DNA from: Psilocybe cubensis
Lineage: Eukaryota
DNA: 64,000 nt
Assembly: GCA_017499595.2 (NCBI GenBank)
Contig: CM039000.1
Span: forward strand, 930,001 to 994,000
Reading direction: 5' to 3'
In this document: piece by piece, positions 13,312 to 25,686 of the stretch
How positions within the stretch are numbered: the first letter of the stretch is position 1
How the letters are laid out: every line of letters starts with the position of its first letter
Made by a program: the position numbers and the translations under genes
Notes under the pieces: model-generated
Told to the model about the DNA's origin: nothing
Databases searched by the model: none
The model's input: the letters and a program-made list of their open reading frames with translations, nothing else

Positions 13312-14392
13312 TTACAGCCTCTGCTCTCTCCAGCTTATATCATTAGAGTCTTCAATCAAGAATTGGTACCACAGGAAGGCAATCGGAGCTGTAGCGAGGT
13401 GCCATAGGGAATGCGCGTCGATAGTTCTTGCCCAAGGCTGGAAGTCAAATAATTCGAGGCTTGTTGCGGCGGTCATCAAAACGACAAACCACGCGGCCTT
13501 GCTGACGAACTTGGGTCGATAAGATTTTGGCTGAGAAGGGAATCGGCGAATGAAGGACATAGATGTCGGCAGGGCATAGATTGCCCACAATATATTATGG
13601 CTGACGCCTAGGACGGTGTTGAAGACGATGTTATAGGTATAGTCAAAGCGAGGGAGAAATAGCAAATATGAAACATGGGCGATGTACATTATTGAGAAAA
13701 GGATTGTTATGGATATGCGTTTCCATGAGTTGGATGGTTGGGATGGTTTTGCGGACAATGTCAGTCGCGACGTTTGAGGCAGCGGGTATAGGTGAAAGAG
13801 GCGAAGGATAGCAATATATAGACCATAAAGAATCGAAAGTGCGGCGGAAAAGTAATCCAGTTTCTCAGTGCGAGGGGTATCTAGAAAATGGTCAATGGTA
13901 CGACGCGTCTATTGTCCCTGGTGACAGACCTCTTGTGTGGAATATACCAGACCAAAACCAGGCGTTTATGCTAATCGCCGACCACATGAGATAGTAAGGT
14001 CTCATAGGATGATGCTCAGAAATCTTCCTCCTGATTGCTTCCCTCCCGCGTTTGTGAGCCCATAAATTGAGAAGCGAAAACACGACCGAGGCTGGCTCTT
14101 GCATGCCTAGAAACCGGTAGAACGGCCATTTTCCGTAATATTGTTGTAATGGCTTCCCATTTCGGACGTCTGTGTCGGTGATTTCTGCCATGCATAGATA
14201 TTTGCAGTCATCTACGCACGACCAGCGTGTCACTCGAAGCCAGACCTTGAGCCCTACTTCGTTCATTCCGCAGTGATGGACATTGCAGCGGCCTACACAT
14301 CCCGTAAATAGTGGAGATCTATCCCCTGAAGACGCAAAAGTAACAGAGAAGAGGGTAAAGAGAGTAAGGAAAGTCGCAAACGCGATTTTCAT
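13312..14392 (-). CDS. PER1: Per1-like GPI-anchor lipid remodelling protein (PGAP3), 2 exons
   Basis: Signal peptide followed by ASSGDRS, WSCVDDCKYLCM, QYYGKWPFYRFLGMQEPASVVFS, FHTRD, LELFDF and DAHSLWHLAT. Confidence 0.95.
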
Positions 14393-15000
14393 GGTCTATG
14401 CACGGGATAGACTTCCGAGACGGTTGGCGTCGCGGCTGAGTAGATCGTGCTGAGTAAGCCGTGATCGTCACGGGCGCTCGTGCTCCTGTCTTGCCGCGTG
14501 TAGTTTGATTATCCCAGTCCTTTCCTACTAGTAGCAAGGAGGTTAAAATTGCTTTCTGAGAATATAGATACCTTCTCTAACGGATTATAAAAAAACGATT
14601 ACCGCTTACCCCATTCTAGCTTCGCACATTTGGTGAAAGAAGGAAAGAGCCCGGCGCCTCCGCGTGACATAGCGTGACAAGACTGGATGATATCATTGGA
14701 CGATCCTCTCGGGCCTGCAGGCGACCTGCGATTAACCACGATTCGACTGCGACTCCGCTTGTCAGCGAATTCCCGGCGACGCTAATGCCCTGCTTCACTC
14801 GCCTCTTGCTTTTGTCCCCAACAGCCTAGTCTACGTTTCAGGTTCCCTCCCCAAGGCGATGAACACGGTCATCTGCGCATCTTAGCCTTAATTTCGAACA
14901 TATAACTCAACAACCTACCTCACTGCCACAGCAGACTTCGGCCTTTATTAATAGAAAAACATCCACTCTTTCCATTCCCCAGACGTCAACCATTTCGAGT

Positions 15001-18000
15001 ATGAGCGCTGCCAATAAAGAGCCCTTGCACATGCAAATCAATGCTGCAACTCGAACGCGCCCATCAGCAGCGGAAAGTCCACTTGAATCCACGACTGTTG
15101 GTAAGCAGCTTGTTCATCCTTTACATGAGCGCCCATTCAAGTACAATCATGCTATGTACCAGATTATGCCAAATATGTATCGCAAGGAAAAGGCCTCGAT
15201 TCCGTTGCAAGAGTCAGTCCAGACGGACGCATATCTTTGCTTTTCGACTTCAAGGATAGCAAACTACCCGAGATACCCAAACCCCAGTCACGGAACACCG
15301 AAGAATTCGCCATAGACCCTAGAGAATGGCAGGAATGTCCGAGTATTAACATAGTTATCATGATTGTTGGGAGCCGTGGTGCGTCGTGTTGGACTAGTCT
15401 TCACTCAAACTCTCATTTCAACATCCCGATTGGCCAGGTGATGTACAACCATACGTAGCGCTGGGGAAGCAATTGTTGAAGGATGGCCATCGGGTACGGA
15501 TCGCAACCCACGAGACATTCCGCACGTTCGTTGGCGATGCAGGCTTGGAATTCTACAGTATAGGTGGCAATCCCCAGGATCTCATGAGTTATATGGTGAA
15601 AAGTAAGTTGCAACTCCCACAATATATATATGGCTTCCGCTAAATAAAGCTCAGATCCTGGGTTAATGCCCGGGTTCGAGTCGCTCACCAACGGTGACAT
15701 TGCGAAAAAGCGCAAGATGCTGGCGGAAATGATCGATGGGTGCTGGGATGCTTGTCATACGCCTTGTCCTGTCACAGGACGCTCTTTCATAGCCGATGCT
15801 ATAATATCGAACCCACCCACGTTTGCTCATGTCCACTGTGCGGAGGCCTTGGGCATTCCACTACTCCTGAGCTTCAGTGAGTGTAAATTTCACAACCTAC
15901 TCTGTGATGTACTCATCAGTTGACCAACTCTGCAGCTATGCCATGGTGAATCCTCGTGTACTCCCTCGGGAAGCCTCCTCATGTACAAACCAACTTACTA
16001 AATTATAGGACGGCCACCACGGCCTTCGCTCATCCCCTAGTCAATATCACAAACTCAAATGCTGGATTTGGTGTAACAAATTACCTGAGTTACGCAGCTG
16101 CCGATCTCTTAACATGGCAAGGGTATGCATGCTTTCTAATTCCCCTTACTGCGACACGGGCTAATATGCCTCTAGAGTTGGTGACATCATCAACACTTTT
16201 AGAACGTCGAAACTGGGGCTTTCCCCATTGGGAATACGAGTAGGGCCAGGATATGTCGACCGGCTGAAAATACCGTGGACATATTGTATGAGTCCTGCGT
16301 TGGTCCCGAAGCCGGACGATTGGAAGAGCAACATCGGTATGAAAGAATCTCGTCAACTTAATCAGATAACATCCTCACATTCATTTCCGAAAAGATGTTT
16401 CTGGATTCTATTTCCTCGACCTGGCCACAAACTACCAACCGTCGCCTGAATTGTTGGCTTTTCTGTCAGCAGGGGAAACCCCTGTATACATTGGGTATAT
16501 TTTGACGTAAAGCCATCCAACTAGCTAATGCTTACTAGACCCCTGGCAACCTCAGGTTCGGATCCGTTGTAGTTGACGATCCAGCTGAGATGACCGGTAT
16601 GATCATAGTCTCATATATGTGTTGTTTACGTGTTGAATTCCCCTTTTTACAGAAATCATCTTCGAGGCAACAAAACAAGCTGGTGTGCGAGCTCTGGTCT
16701 CCTCTGGTTGGGTTCGTCTCTACCCTCTCACGATCTAGCCTCTTTTTTAACCCCAATACAGGGTGGTCTAGGTGGCATCTCCGTCCCACCTCACATATTC
16801 ATACTGGGAAATGTTCCACATGATTGGCTGTTTGACGAAGAGCGCGTGTCTGCCGTCGTGCATCATGGCGGTGCTGGAACAACCGCAATTGGTCTCGCCA
16901 AAGGTCGCCCAACAGTAGTCGTGCCTTTCTTTGGCGATCAAGGATTCTGGGGTATGTCAATTAGACTCTGATTACTATGAATTTGTTTGGATCGTGACGA
17001 TTGGCATGGTAGGAAATATGATCCACAAAGCAGGCGCTGGGCCGAAGCCGATCCCGCACAAAGAACTCAGCGTTCATAAACTGCGTGACGCCATCACCTT
17101 CGCTGTCAGCCCTGCCGCCAAAGAAGCTGCGAAGGCCATGGCACAAAAGATCTACGAAGATGTACGTCGCGGTGACGTTTTGTGATCTACAAGATTTGCA
17201 TGGCGTCTGACACCTTGGTTTGCCATAATAGGACGGCGTACGGAAGGGCGTGGAGAGCTTTTATAGGCATCTTCCGTTGTTGAATATGAGGTGTGATCTG
17301 GATCCTTCGCGCGTAGCTATTTGGTGGTCGGATGATCTGGTAATTTTTTGGTGTTGTTTATAGTGATCCGCAATACTCAATGCATCTTTTACAGTGCTTG
17401 AAACTTAGTGCCTTGGCCGCTCAAACGCTAGCTGATGCGAAATTAATATCCCTACAGACACTCAAATTACATCGTGAGATCGACCATTTCAACGTTAGGT
17501 CCAAGTCTCCGTTTACTGACTTTTTCATTCCAGGACCAAAAGAATACAAAGTCCGAAAGAAAGTCGCCGACCCAATGACAGGTGCTGGCGGAGCCAACGC
17601 TATGTTCTGGACACTTACCAATCCAATGAAATTTGGAAGTTTCCTCCAGTAAGAACTTTTAGGTGCAAATAACATCTTTGTTTTATGGCTGATAAACTCT
17701 ACAGAGGACAAGAGACACCGCCTCCGCCAGGTATTTTGGACGCCATGGCCACCGTTCACGATGGACTTCGAAGACATTCTGCAGATCAGAGACTAGTGCA
17801 ATCTCCTGTCCGTGACCTTGGCCTTGTCGCTCTGAATAATTGAATTAATACAGGAATACTTTCAGGATTCCATTCAAAGCGTATTTGAAACCAACAAGGA
17901 AGTAAAAAAAAGTTCTATATTCGAGTCGAAGGTATGCCGTCGACGCTCCTTATCCACATTTGTTGCGCTAACTCGACTACATCACAGGGTTTCTTAAGAT

Positions 18001-18453
18001 CCCTTAAAAATTGTATGTGTATTCGACGGCCCATAAACATCCAAAACCCATCTCATTCATTTTTTGGTAGTACTTCCTGGATCGAGACCGTCCACTCCCA
18101 AATCTCCCAAATCCCCAACACCCAAATCACCCACTCCAAACTCTGGCTCTAGCTTCAAATCATTCATGATGCCAGTTCAAGGCTCGTGGCGATTTGGATT
18201 ATCAGCCTCTGGCAAAACGCAATACCAGCGCCAGCGTCTCACTCGTATCGCAGAAGGCAGGAAAGCCGTCAAAGCAAGCACGGACGACCAGCGGGCGACG
18301 ATTATCCGAAAGTTCAAGGAGGAGCTGCGTAATACGCCTGCGAGGCAGAAGGCTTATCGGGAGGCTGAAGAGAGGGCAACGCATAGTGGGAGTGTGGATT
18401 ACGGGCATAGCAAGGCGTTGAGCCTTGATCAGGGAAAGTCTCTGACAAGGTGA
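15001..18453 (+). CDS. Glycosyltransferase family 1 protein (sterol 3-beta-glucosyltransferase-like), multi-exon
   Basis: Motifs IVIMIVGSRGDVQPYVALG, HRVRIATHETF, ADAIISNPPTFAHVHCAEALGIP, YIGFGSVVV, NVPHDWLF, VVHHGGAGTTAIGL and VPFFGDQGFWG. No PH/GRAM domains were seen, so it is not called ATG26. Ends are approximate. Confidence 0.88.
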
Positions 18454-18879
18454 TCGTTGTAAATGTGTGCAGCGTTATGGTATGCGTTTTAGCTGTGGAT
18501 CTATAGGCAGAAAGCTGGTTGGGTTGGTGCAGCTTAGTTAATGGCCAGGGATATGTCGCTTTTCGGACGGCCGACATCGTATATGATGGCTTATGCAATG
18601 GGAAGGAAGACACTATGTACTACCTTCCCACTTTACGATTATGACACGCGTGTAGAGTCTTTAACCTGAAAGTACTAATACTTATATTAACGCATGAATT
18701 AACAAATATCAACTACCTAGGAACCAATTTTCCAACAGTCCTGATAAGCAAATTCTTGGGCTGGCAATCAGAGGGAAATCACAACAACATAAGTCATGTT
18801 CAGGATGTCTCGGGTTTCCTTCTTATTACGCCTTGAAACAATTACAATTAGCGTTGTCGATGACTACGTCAGATTTCGA

Positions 18880-19789
18880 ACCCATACCTTTTTGCGAGGT
18901 CCAGAATTTGAATGGTGACCGGGCCACTTCATGACTGAGGGAGTTGCATATTTGTGTAAATTGTGCCAACTTGTCTGGCAGGGAGTCTACAAGAACTGAT
19001 TGTGATCATTCATGTCGACCACAAGTCGAAGAATGGACCAAGTTCAGGAATTCAACCTTCGAGGTGCTATATCTCGGATTAGATCAGGTTGACGTTTCAT
19101 ATAACGTTTGTAACGTAAGAGGCGTACTCAACGTTTAGTTGTAGATTGGCGCTCAGAAAAGCCAATGCATATCCGAAACTTTGAACGGATTATACTGATA
19201 TAGTTGACTATGTCGGTGCCTGGAATGCAGGTCAGAAACCAGAGTTGTAACACGTTATGCGAGGTTCGTCGATGTTACTAGTAGGGTCCTCGGAGAAAGC
19301 TACTGAGACGCCAAAGTCGAAGGGTGGATAGCGAACCTCCTTTGTATCCCGTAATTCTGCTCTTTGAAATCCAGGTGTACTGGTTACAGTACTATAGGTG
19401 CGTCATGAGCGGACCACACACCTGTCAATGGAGGCAACGAGAATCTTTGGGATCCTGTTCGCTTCTTGGAACAAAACGAGTATAGTAAGGGTACGTCGCA
19501 TTCTTTGCCTGCGGAGGGTGAGCTGGGACGAGTACAGTTTCATGATGCTTTCCGTATGGATGCTTTTGGGATCGTATATCGGTGTAGAGGGGAAAAGGGT
19601 TGGACAACACCCACTAATTTTCGAGTGTTTTGGGAAACTCCAAACAAGGCTTTTCCAATGAGTATTCCGGTTTGGGGTCACAATCACAGGCACGGTCGGG
19701 GCGGGGATTAAAATAAATGTAGGATGTAGGAGAAATAAAATCAATATTGTCAAATACCAGTGACCGACTTGGCACGAGCCTGAGAACAT
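18880..19789 (-). pseudogene. Degenerate copy of the kinase-like family
   Basis: Homologous motifs (HWKSLVW, PPQAKNATYPY, EVRYPPFDFG, PYNPFK) are split across frames by indels, and the middle exons are deleted. Confidence 0.8.
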
Positions 19790-20608
19790 GACAGTAATGT
19801 AGTATATTGGCCGGAGGCTAGTAAACAGGATTTAGAAGGATCTCAAAATGGAATCCGTGCTCCATGATTCTGATTGGTCGGAAACTCCGTACCGTACTGA
19901 TCCTTCCAAACATTCACACATACCATTAGCACAAGGGGCACCATAACAATAGTCTCATGAGTCAGAGCATGACCCGACGTCGAAGGATGAGTATTGCTTT
20001 TTTATTTCTATTAGCACGAAACATTTTGCTAAGTGCCCAAGAACTAGTATATTCAATTACTTTAGGAAAGCTGAACGAGAACTGTTCCTGGTGTTCTTTT
20101 TGGGATTACTTCTTACCACTTCTTGCTAAAAACACGGGTGCCAGTGTAAAGGTTTTATTTAAATGGTGTCCAGTATATACTATGGTTTGCGTGTCGTACC
20201 CTGACATCAATCTCCAGTGAGGGGGCATGAGGCGCCGGAGTCTACAATAGAAACCATTATCCCCTTTGGGCAGTTATACACCTGTCACAGGAACTCCGGC
20301 ACTCCGGCACTAGGGTGTCAGGAGGGCGGATGGATACATTTGACCAAAAGGGGAAAATAGAATCATTGGGAAGAAGACGAAGAGGACAATGGCCCGCGAA
20401 CAATGGGCACTGGGCAACCGTGGATTTTTGTGCGGCATCATTTCAAAGCCTGATTATCAGTGATCAGTAGATGACATGACAGATGTATATGTCTGATGTT
20501 CTGCCCTGATTTGAGTCACTTCTCGGAATATAATCTGAATGAAATCCTCGCCAGTGCCAGTGCCCGTCACCAACGAGCCGCTGCAGATCCGTCTTTAGAT
20601 TTACTGTG

Positions 20609-20737
20609 TAGCTTCTTGAGATACTAATTTAGATAATGTTATAGACAAGGCAATCAACAGTATGCCGGCAGAGTAAAGAGTTTACTAAACAAAGCATTAT
20701 TTTAACAATGTAATGTGCTAAGCCGTACATGACGAGG
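20609..20737. repeat. About 130 bp direct repeat, copy 1 (copy 2 at about 23227-23358)
   Basis: tagcttcttgagatactaat..gataatgttat..ggcaatcaacagta..gctaagccgtacat..cgaggt occurs at both places and brackets kinase copy 1. Confidence 0.85.
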
Positions 20738-20752
20738 TAGTACCTTGTCCCA

Positions 20753-22284
20753 TCAATCCATACTAGGTTCATCAACATCCACTGTAATGGGTTTTCCATT
20801 TTTTTTCTTGATTATGCCACCTAAGGTATGCAAGCTTAGCTTGTGAATGAATTTGGTAGGTACTCAATGACCTACCTCGGCGCCATATCCAGCTATCAAA
20901 AGATGACCCAGCAATTTCAGGACTGAGGCCGTCACATATTTCTTTGAATCTAGCAAATGCCTGACTCGCTGTCAACTGATTAGGGTCATTCATATTAACC
21001 ACCGAATCAAAAAATGGCCCTAGTTCAGGGACTAGGCTTTCGAGGTGCTACAGAAATGAACCGTGAGCAGTTAGAACAAAGACATTGACAAACAGTGAAG
21101 TCAATCTCACTCTGACATATGTTTGAAGGACGCTCGCTAGTAGAGCTACATCTGCTTTGAAGGGATTGTACGGATAGATAACCGAATCATCCGGTATGTT
21201 GCGTATAAACCATGAATTATAGCGTATCATGCGCAAATCTTCTATGACCGTGTCCTCGGGGAAAGCTATGGAAATACCAAAATCGATAAGGGCATATCGA
21301 ACTTCGTTCGGATCTCGCAAACCCGTTCTACGAAAATATTCCAAAGGTTGAAGAATCACATTCATGGCAGTATTCTGGGCCATAAAGTCAAGATGCACAA
21401 TTTTGTTGCTGTGTAGGAAAGCAAATGTCTATTTTAATTTATGTTAAGACACGACCCCAGCGGTTGGTAATGTTACTGAACTGACCTCTAACCATATTAG
21501 TGCGAAGGACATGAGTTGGGAGACGGACTCGAATTCGGCTACACATGCACAATCCCACCTGATAAACCACGGTGTCACGGAACAGTTTCCAAAATAAAGT
21601 CAAGGACCTACCTGGGCATCACCACAAAGATGAACTTATCGAATTTTATGTATTCTAGAGCGTAGATGGTGTGGTTTGCCGGATTATCTCGCAGTTTTTT
21701 ATCGTTAAGGCGTTGAAACACCTTCAGCTCTTGCGTCGGTTTGTCTACTTCCGATATGACTCTAGAAAAAATGTTTCCCGACCAATTAGAGCGTGAATAG
21801 GTTCAGTTACAGGTACTCACTTAATCACTACTTCTCTTCCTTGAAGATCACGAGCAAACCAAATACGCGGGTACAGTATAGATCTTGGGACTGGCTCGTT
21901 GCTTCGGACGTGACGAGCATAAGGGTAAGACGCGTTCTTTGCCTGAGGGGGCCAGGGAGCAGGGACTATTTCATTCCACCGATCCGGGTCTGGATGCTCT
22001 CGATAGAACCGATACCCTCGGGAGGAAAAGAAAGGGTCCAAAAACAGCCAGAAGTATTTAATGGAGTATAATTCCAGCGTCATTGAATCGGAATCGTAAG
22101 TTTTGTAATGCCAGTCTTTAAGTGTCTCCGGAAATTTCAAATTCGATCTCATGAGACGCCATGTCCAAACCAGACTTTCCCAACGAGAGTCGAGCTTGAT
22201 AACTCTTATTCGAGTTCGCTTGGTGGTAAAAAATATGAACGCGGAAGAAATGGCGACAATACCTGTGATGGCAATAGTAGACAT
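20753..22284 (-). CDS. Atypical protein kinase-like protein (AgaK1-like), copy 1, 6 exons
   Basis: Hydrophobic N-terminus, GREVVIK, QELK, NHTI, HLDFMAQN, IDFG, YNPFKAD. Splice sites are intact. Confidence 0.85.
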
Positions 22285-23518
22285 GGTTGATGACGGAAAT
22301 GAGGAAACTCGCAACACGGTTGATATCGAACTCTCATGAAAGTATCCCACGATCACTGCATGATGGTTCCGATTGGTGGATAACTTACTACAGAGTGTCA
22401 GAGTTCAACCAGAGTCCGATGCAGTGGATGTCTTCAAACCATTATGAGAGTGTCGTGAGTATATTGGTGTGGGAACTTCGTTGAACAAGATATAAAAGCC
22501 TGGGTGATTTCAAGTTCCTAAGCTCTCTCGAACTTTTATTATCACCTTCAATTTACCCACAAATCTTGAATTCTTCACGAGCGCATTTTCTATTCTCTGA
22601 GCTCTGCAATGGCCCAAACACCCGAGGTATAGAGTCCGCTTCCTATCCTACATATCTTGTATTCAAATTTCCTCCCCCATGCCAACTTAGTAAACATTCA
22701 CAATCGGCGCTAAGGTCAAGTTTGTCGAGACGTTGTACACCCCTATTCGATCTCAGTCAGTGTGGGGGGGATCTACGGGAGAAGTCATAGGAGCAACGTT
22801 AACTACGGCGGGTGGATTCGATGGGCCTGTATGCTTCCATCTCATAAATTTGACTGGTTGTAATCCATCTGACGTTGTTATTGGGTTAGACCATTCAAAG
22901 TTATACATATACGATCAAGGTGGACGGATCGGGAGCGACTGTACCGTCTGTCCCCGAACGTTATCTGACAGAAATTTGAAGTTCTTTGTAATACAGTGTC
23001 AAGAGATTTATACATGTATGTGTCCGTGCATATCAAGCTTCGCATTCGCTCTAACAAAAGGTAGTTTGCACATCCATAGCCTCGCCTTGATTCTCATTAC
23101 ATCCTTTGTACACCTATATGACCTATTTTGCTGATTTGAGGTTTATTAGGCCCTGTTAGGTAGCGACTCACATCCGTAACTTGCTACCAAAACATATTCA
23201 TTATTGCTTTACCGCCATTATGGTACTAGCTTCTTGAGATACTAATTCAGATAATGTTATCTACAGGGCAATCAACAGTACGCCGGTAGAGCAAGGAGCT
23301 TACTGAACAAAGCATGATTTTAATTTCATCTAATGCGCTAAGCCGTACATAGCGAGGTTTGTCGAGGGAATAGAATGGCATATAATACCTCGACTCAGAA
23401 AGAAGACTCGATTACTTCTACTTACAATTAGTTGTACTCTTATGAACATTTCACACGATCACATACACTAAATTTCAATTGCTCAGATAGACTGAGACTC
23501 GCTAGACCTGTGATTGGG

Positions 23519-23670
23519 AAAATAAGTAAGAAACAGATCTAACTGCCCACATTGACATCCACATCCGGAGTCGAAGTTGTCTCCATGGTGGGGGTGCCGA
23601 GGTCTTTTTTTGTCATTATCTCTTTCCTTGGCGGAGGACGGTGTTCGACCACCCCTGCTCTCTCTGTTAA
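23519..23670 (-). pseudogene. Relic of the HOS2 3' end (last codons, stop and start of 3'UTR)
   Basis: aataagtaagaaacagatctaac..gacatcc..ccggagtcgaagt..ggtgggggtgccg matches 28224-28370. Confidence 0.85.
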
Positions 23671-23859
23671 GCTGTTGATCACTTCATTCCTGATGCCTAT
23701 GGTTAATAATATTACGGTTTCCCCACGAATGTAGTTTTGGATGGTATAGGCACTAGCCCTGACATAAGTATATTGTGATCTGCCTCGTTACGCAACAACT
23801 TGGGAATGGGGCTTAGATGGGATATGTCGTCTGACTATTAAGAGAAACTTCAGAAGGGC

Positions 23860-25367
23860 TCAGTCCTGCTCAGTCACTGTAATGGGTTGTCGTTGCTTCT
23901 TTTTGATGATGCCACCTAGTAGGATTTCCAGATTAGCTTGAAAGTGCATTCAATATATCCTCAAGAACTTACCTGGTCTCCAAGTCCAAGTATCAAATGA
24001 TGATCCAGCAATTTCGGGACTGAGGCCATCACATATTTCTTTGAATCGGGCGAAGGCCTGACTAGCTGTCAGCTGATTAGGGTCATTCAGGTCAACCACC
24101 GAATCAAAGAACGGCCCGAGTTCAGGAATAAGGTGTTCAAGATGCTATGGACAACGAAAAATCAGAGAAAATGATGGCACATAGAGCAATGCAAGTAAAC
24201 TCACCCTAACATATAACTGAAGAGAGCTTGCTAGCATCGCTAAATCCGCCTTGAAGGGATTATATGGGTAGATGACCCAGTTGTCGGGTATATAGTGTAT
24301 AACCCACGAATTATAGCGTATCATGCGTACGTCCTCTATGACTGTATCCTCGGGGAAAGCTACGGAGAAACCAAAGTCCAGGAGGGCATACCTCACTTCT
24401 TTTGGATCTCGCAATCCTGTTCTACGAAACAATTCCCTATGTTGAAGAATCACGTTCATACCAGTATTTTGCATAACAAAATCAAGATGCGCAATTTTGT
24501 TCCGGTGTAGAAAGTCAAATGTCTGGTATCACTCATAGTAAGATACAACCACAATAGCCGACAATATGGCTGCGCCTACCTGAAGCCATATCAGCGCAAA
24601 TGACATTAGCTGAGAGACGGTTTCAAACTCAGGGAACAAGGAAGAATCCCATCTAAAAGGCCATGTTCGAACCGATTAAATACATGAACTAATCATATCA
24701 CGTACCTAGGCATTACCACAAAGACGAACTTGTCGAACGTGATATATTCTAGCGCGTAGATGGTGTTGTTCGCTGGATCCGCTCGAAGTCTTTCACTGTT
24801 AAGGCGCTGGAACACCCTCAGCTCTTGTGTTGGCTTGTCTGTTTCAGATATAACCCTGAAATAGAATCGATTATATCATGAATATGTTTGTTTGGTAGGT
24901 GCTCACTTGATAACAACCTCTCTTCCAAGTGCATCACGAGCAGCCCAAACACGAGGCGAGCAGGTCCACTTTGGGTCCGGATCATTGCTTCGAATGTGAC
25001 GGGCATAAGGATATGACGCATCCTTTGCTTGAGACGGCCAGGGAGCAGCGACTATACTACCCACCCAGTCTGGTTTTGGATGTTTTTGATAGAGAGTGTA
25101 GCCCCGCGAAGCGAAGAAAGGGCGCAGAAACAGCCAGAACTCTTTTATAGTGAGTATCTCACCCAGCATAGAATCCGAGTCGTTGGTTTTGTAGTACCAA
25201 TCTTCAAGCTTCTCTGCAAAATGTAATTTCGACCTTCTGAGGCGCCAGGTCCAAAGCAGGCTTTCCCAATGCGAGTCGAGTTTGATGACTCTAATTGGAG
25301 TCCTTCTGAAGGTCACAAATACCAAGGTAGACATAATTGCAGCAATGGTAGCAATGATAGCAGACAT
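23860..25367 (-). CDS. AgaK1-like kinase, copy 2
   Basis: Starts MSAIIATIAAIMSTLVFV; contains GREVVIK, HLDFVMQN, LDFG, YNPFKAD. Same 6-exon structure. Confidence 0.85.
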
Positions 25368-25548
25368 AGTCCTCTAGGGAATAAAATGAAATGCAGTATA
25401 CGTTGACTGGGAATAGAGCAAGAGTGCCACAGAAGATTTGAAGTTCAAGGTTGACCGTGTTGGTTGATGATTATTAACTATTACTAGCCATATGCTCTGA
25501 ACATTTCACACGGTCACGACAACTGTTCAAACATTCGTCGACATCGCT

Positions 25549-25686
25549 GAGGCCCCGGGAAGCTCCCCTAAGGGCTTGTCCCAAATTTTGCAGATTTTGG
25601 CCCTCAAATCCGCGAAACCGGCCCGGGACTGGGTACCTACTGGACGTACCCGCACAACACTGCCTAGGGGAGCCTCCCGGGGCCTC
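25549..25686. mobile_element. MITE-like element / 22-bp inverted repeat pair, 138 bp overall
   Basis: gaggccccgggaagctccccta (25549-25570) is the reverse complement of taggggagcctcccggggcctc (25665-25686) with one mismatch. GC-rich island; no clear target-site duplication. Confidence 0.5.
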
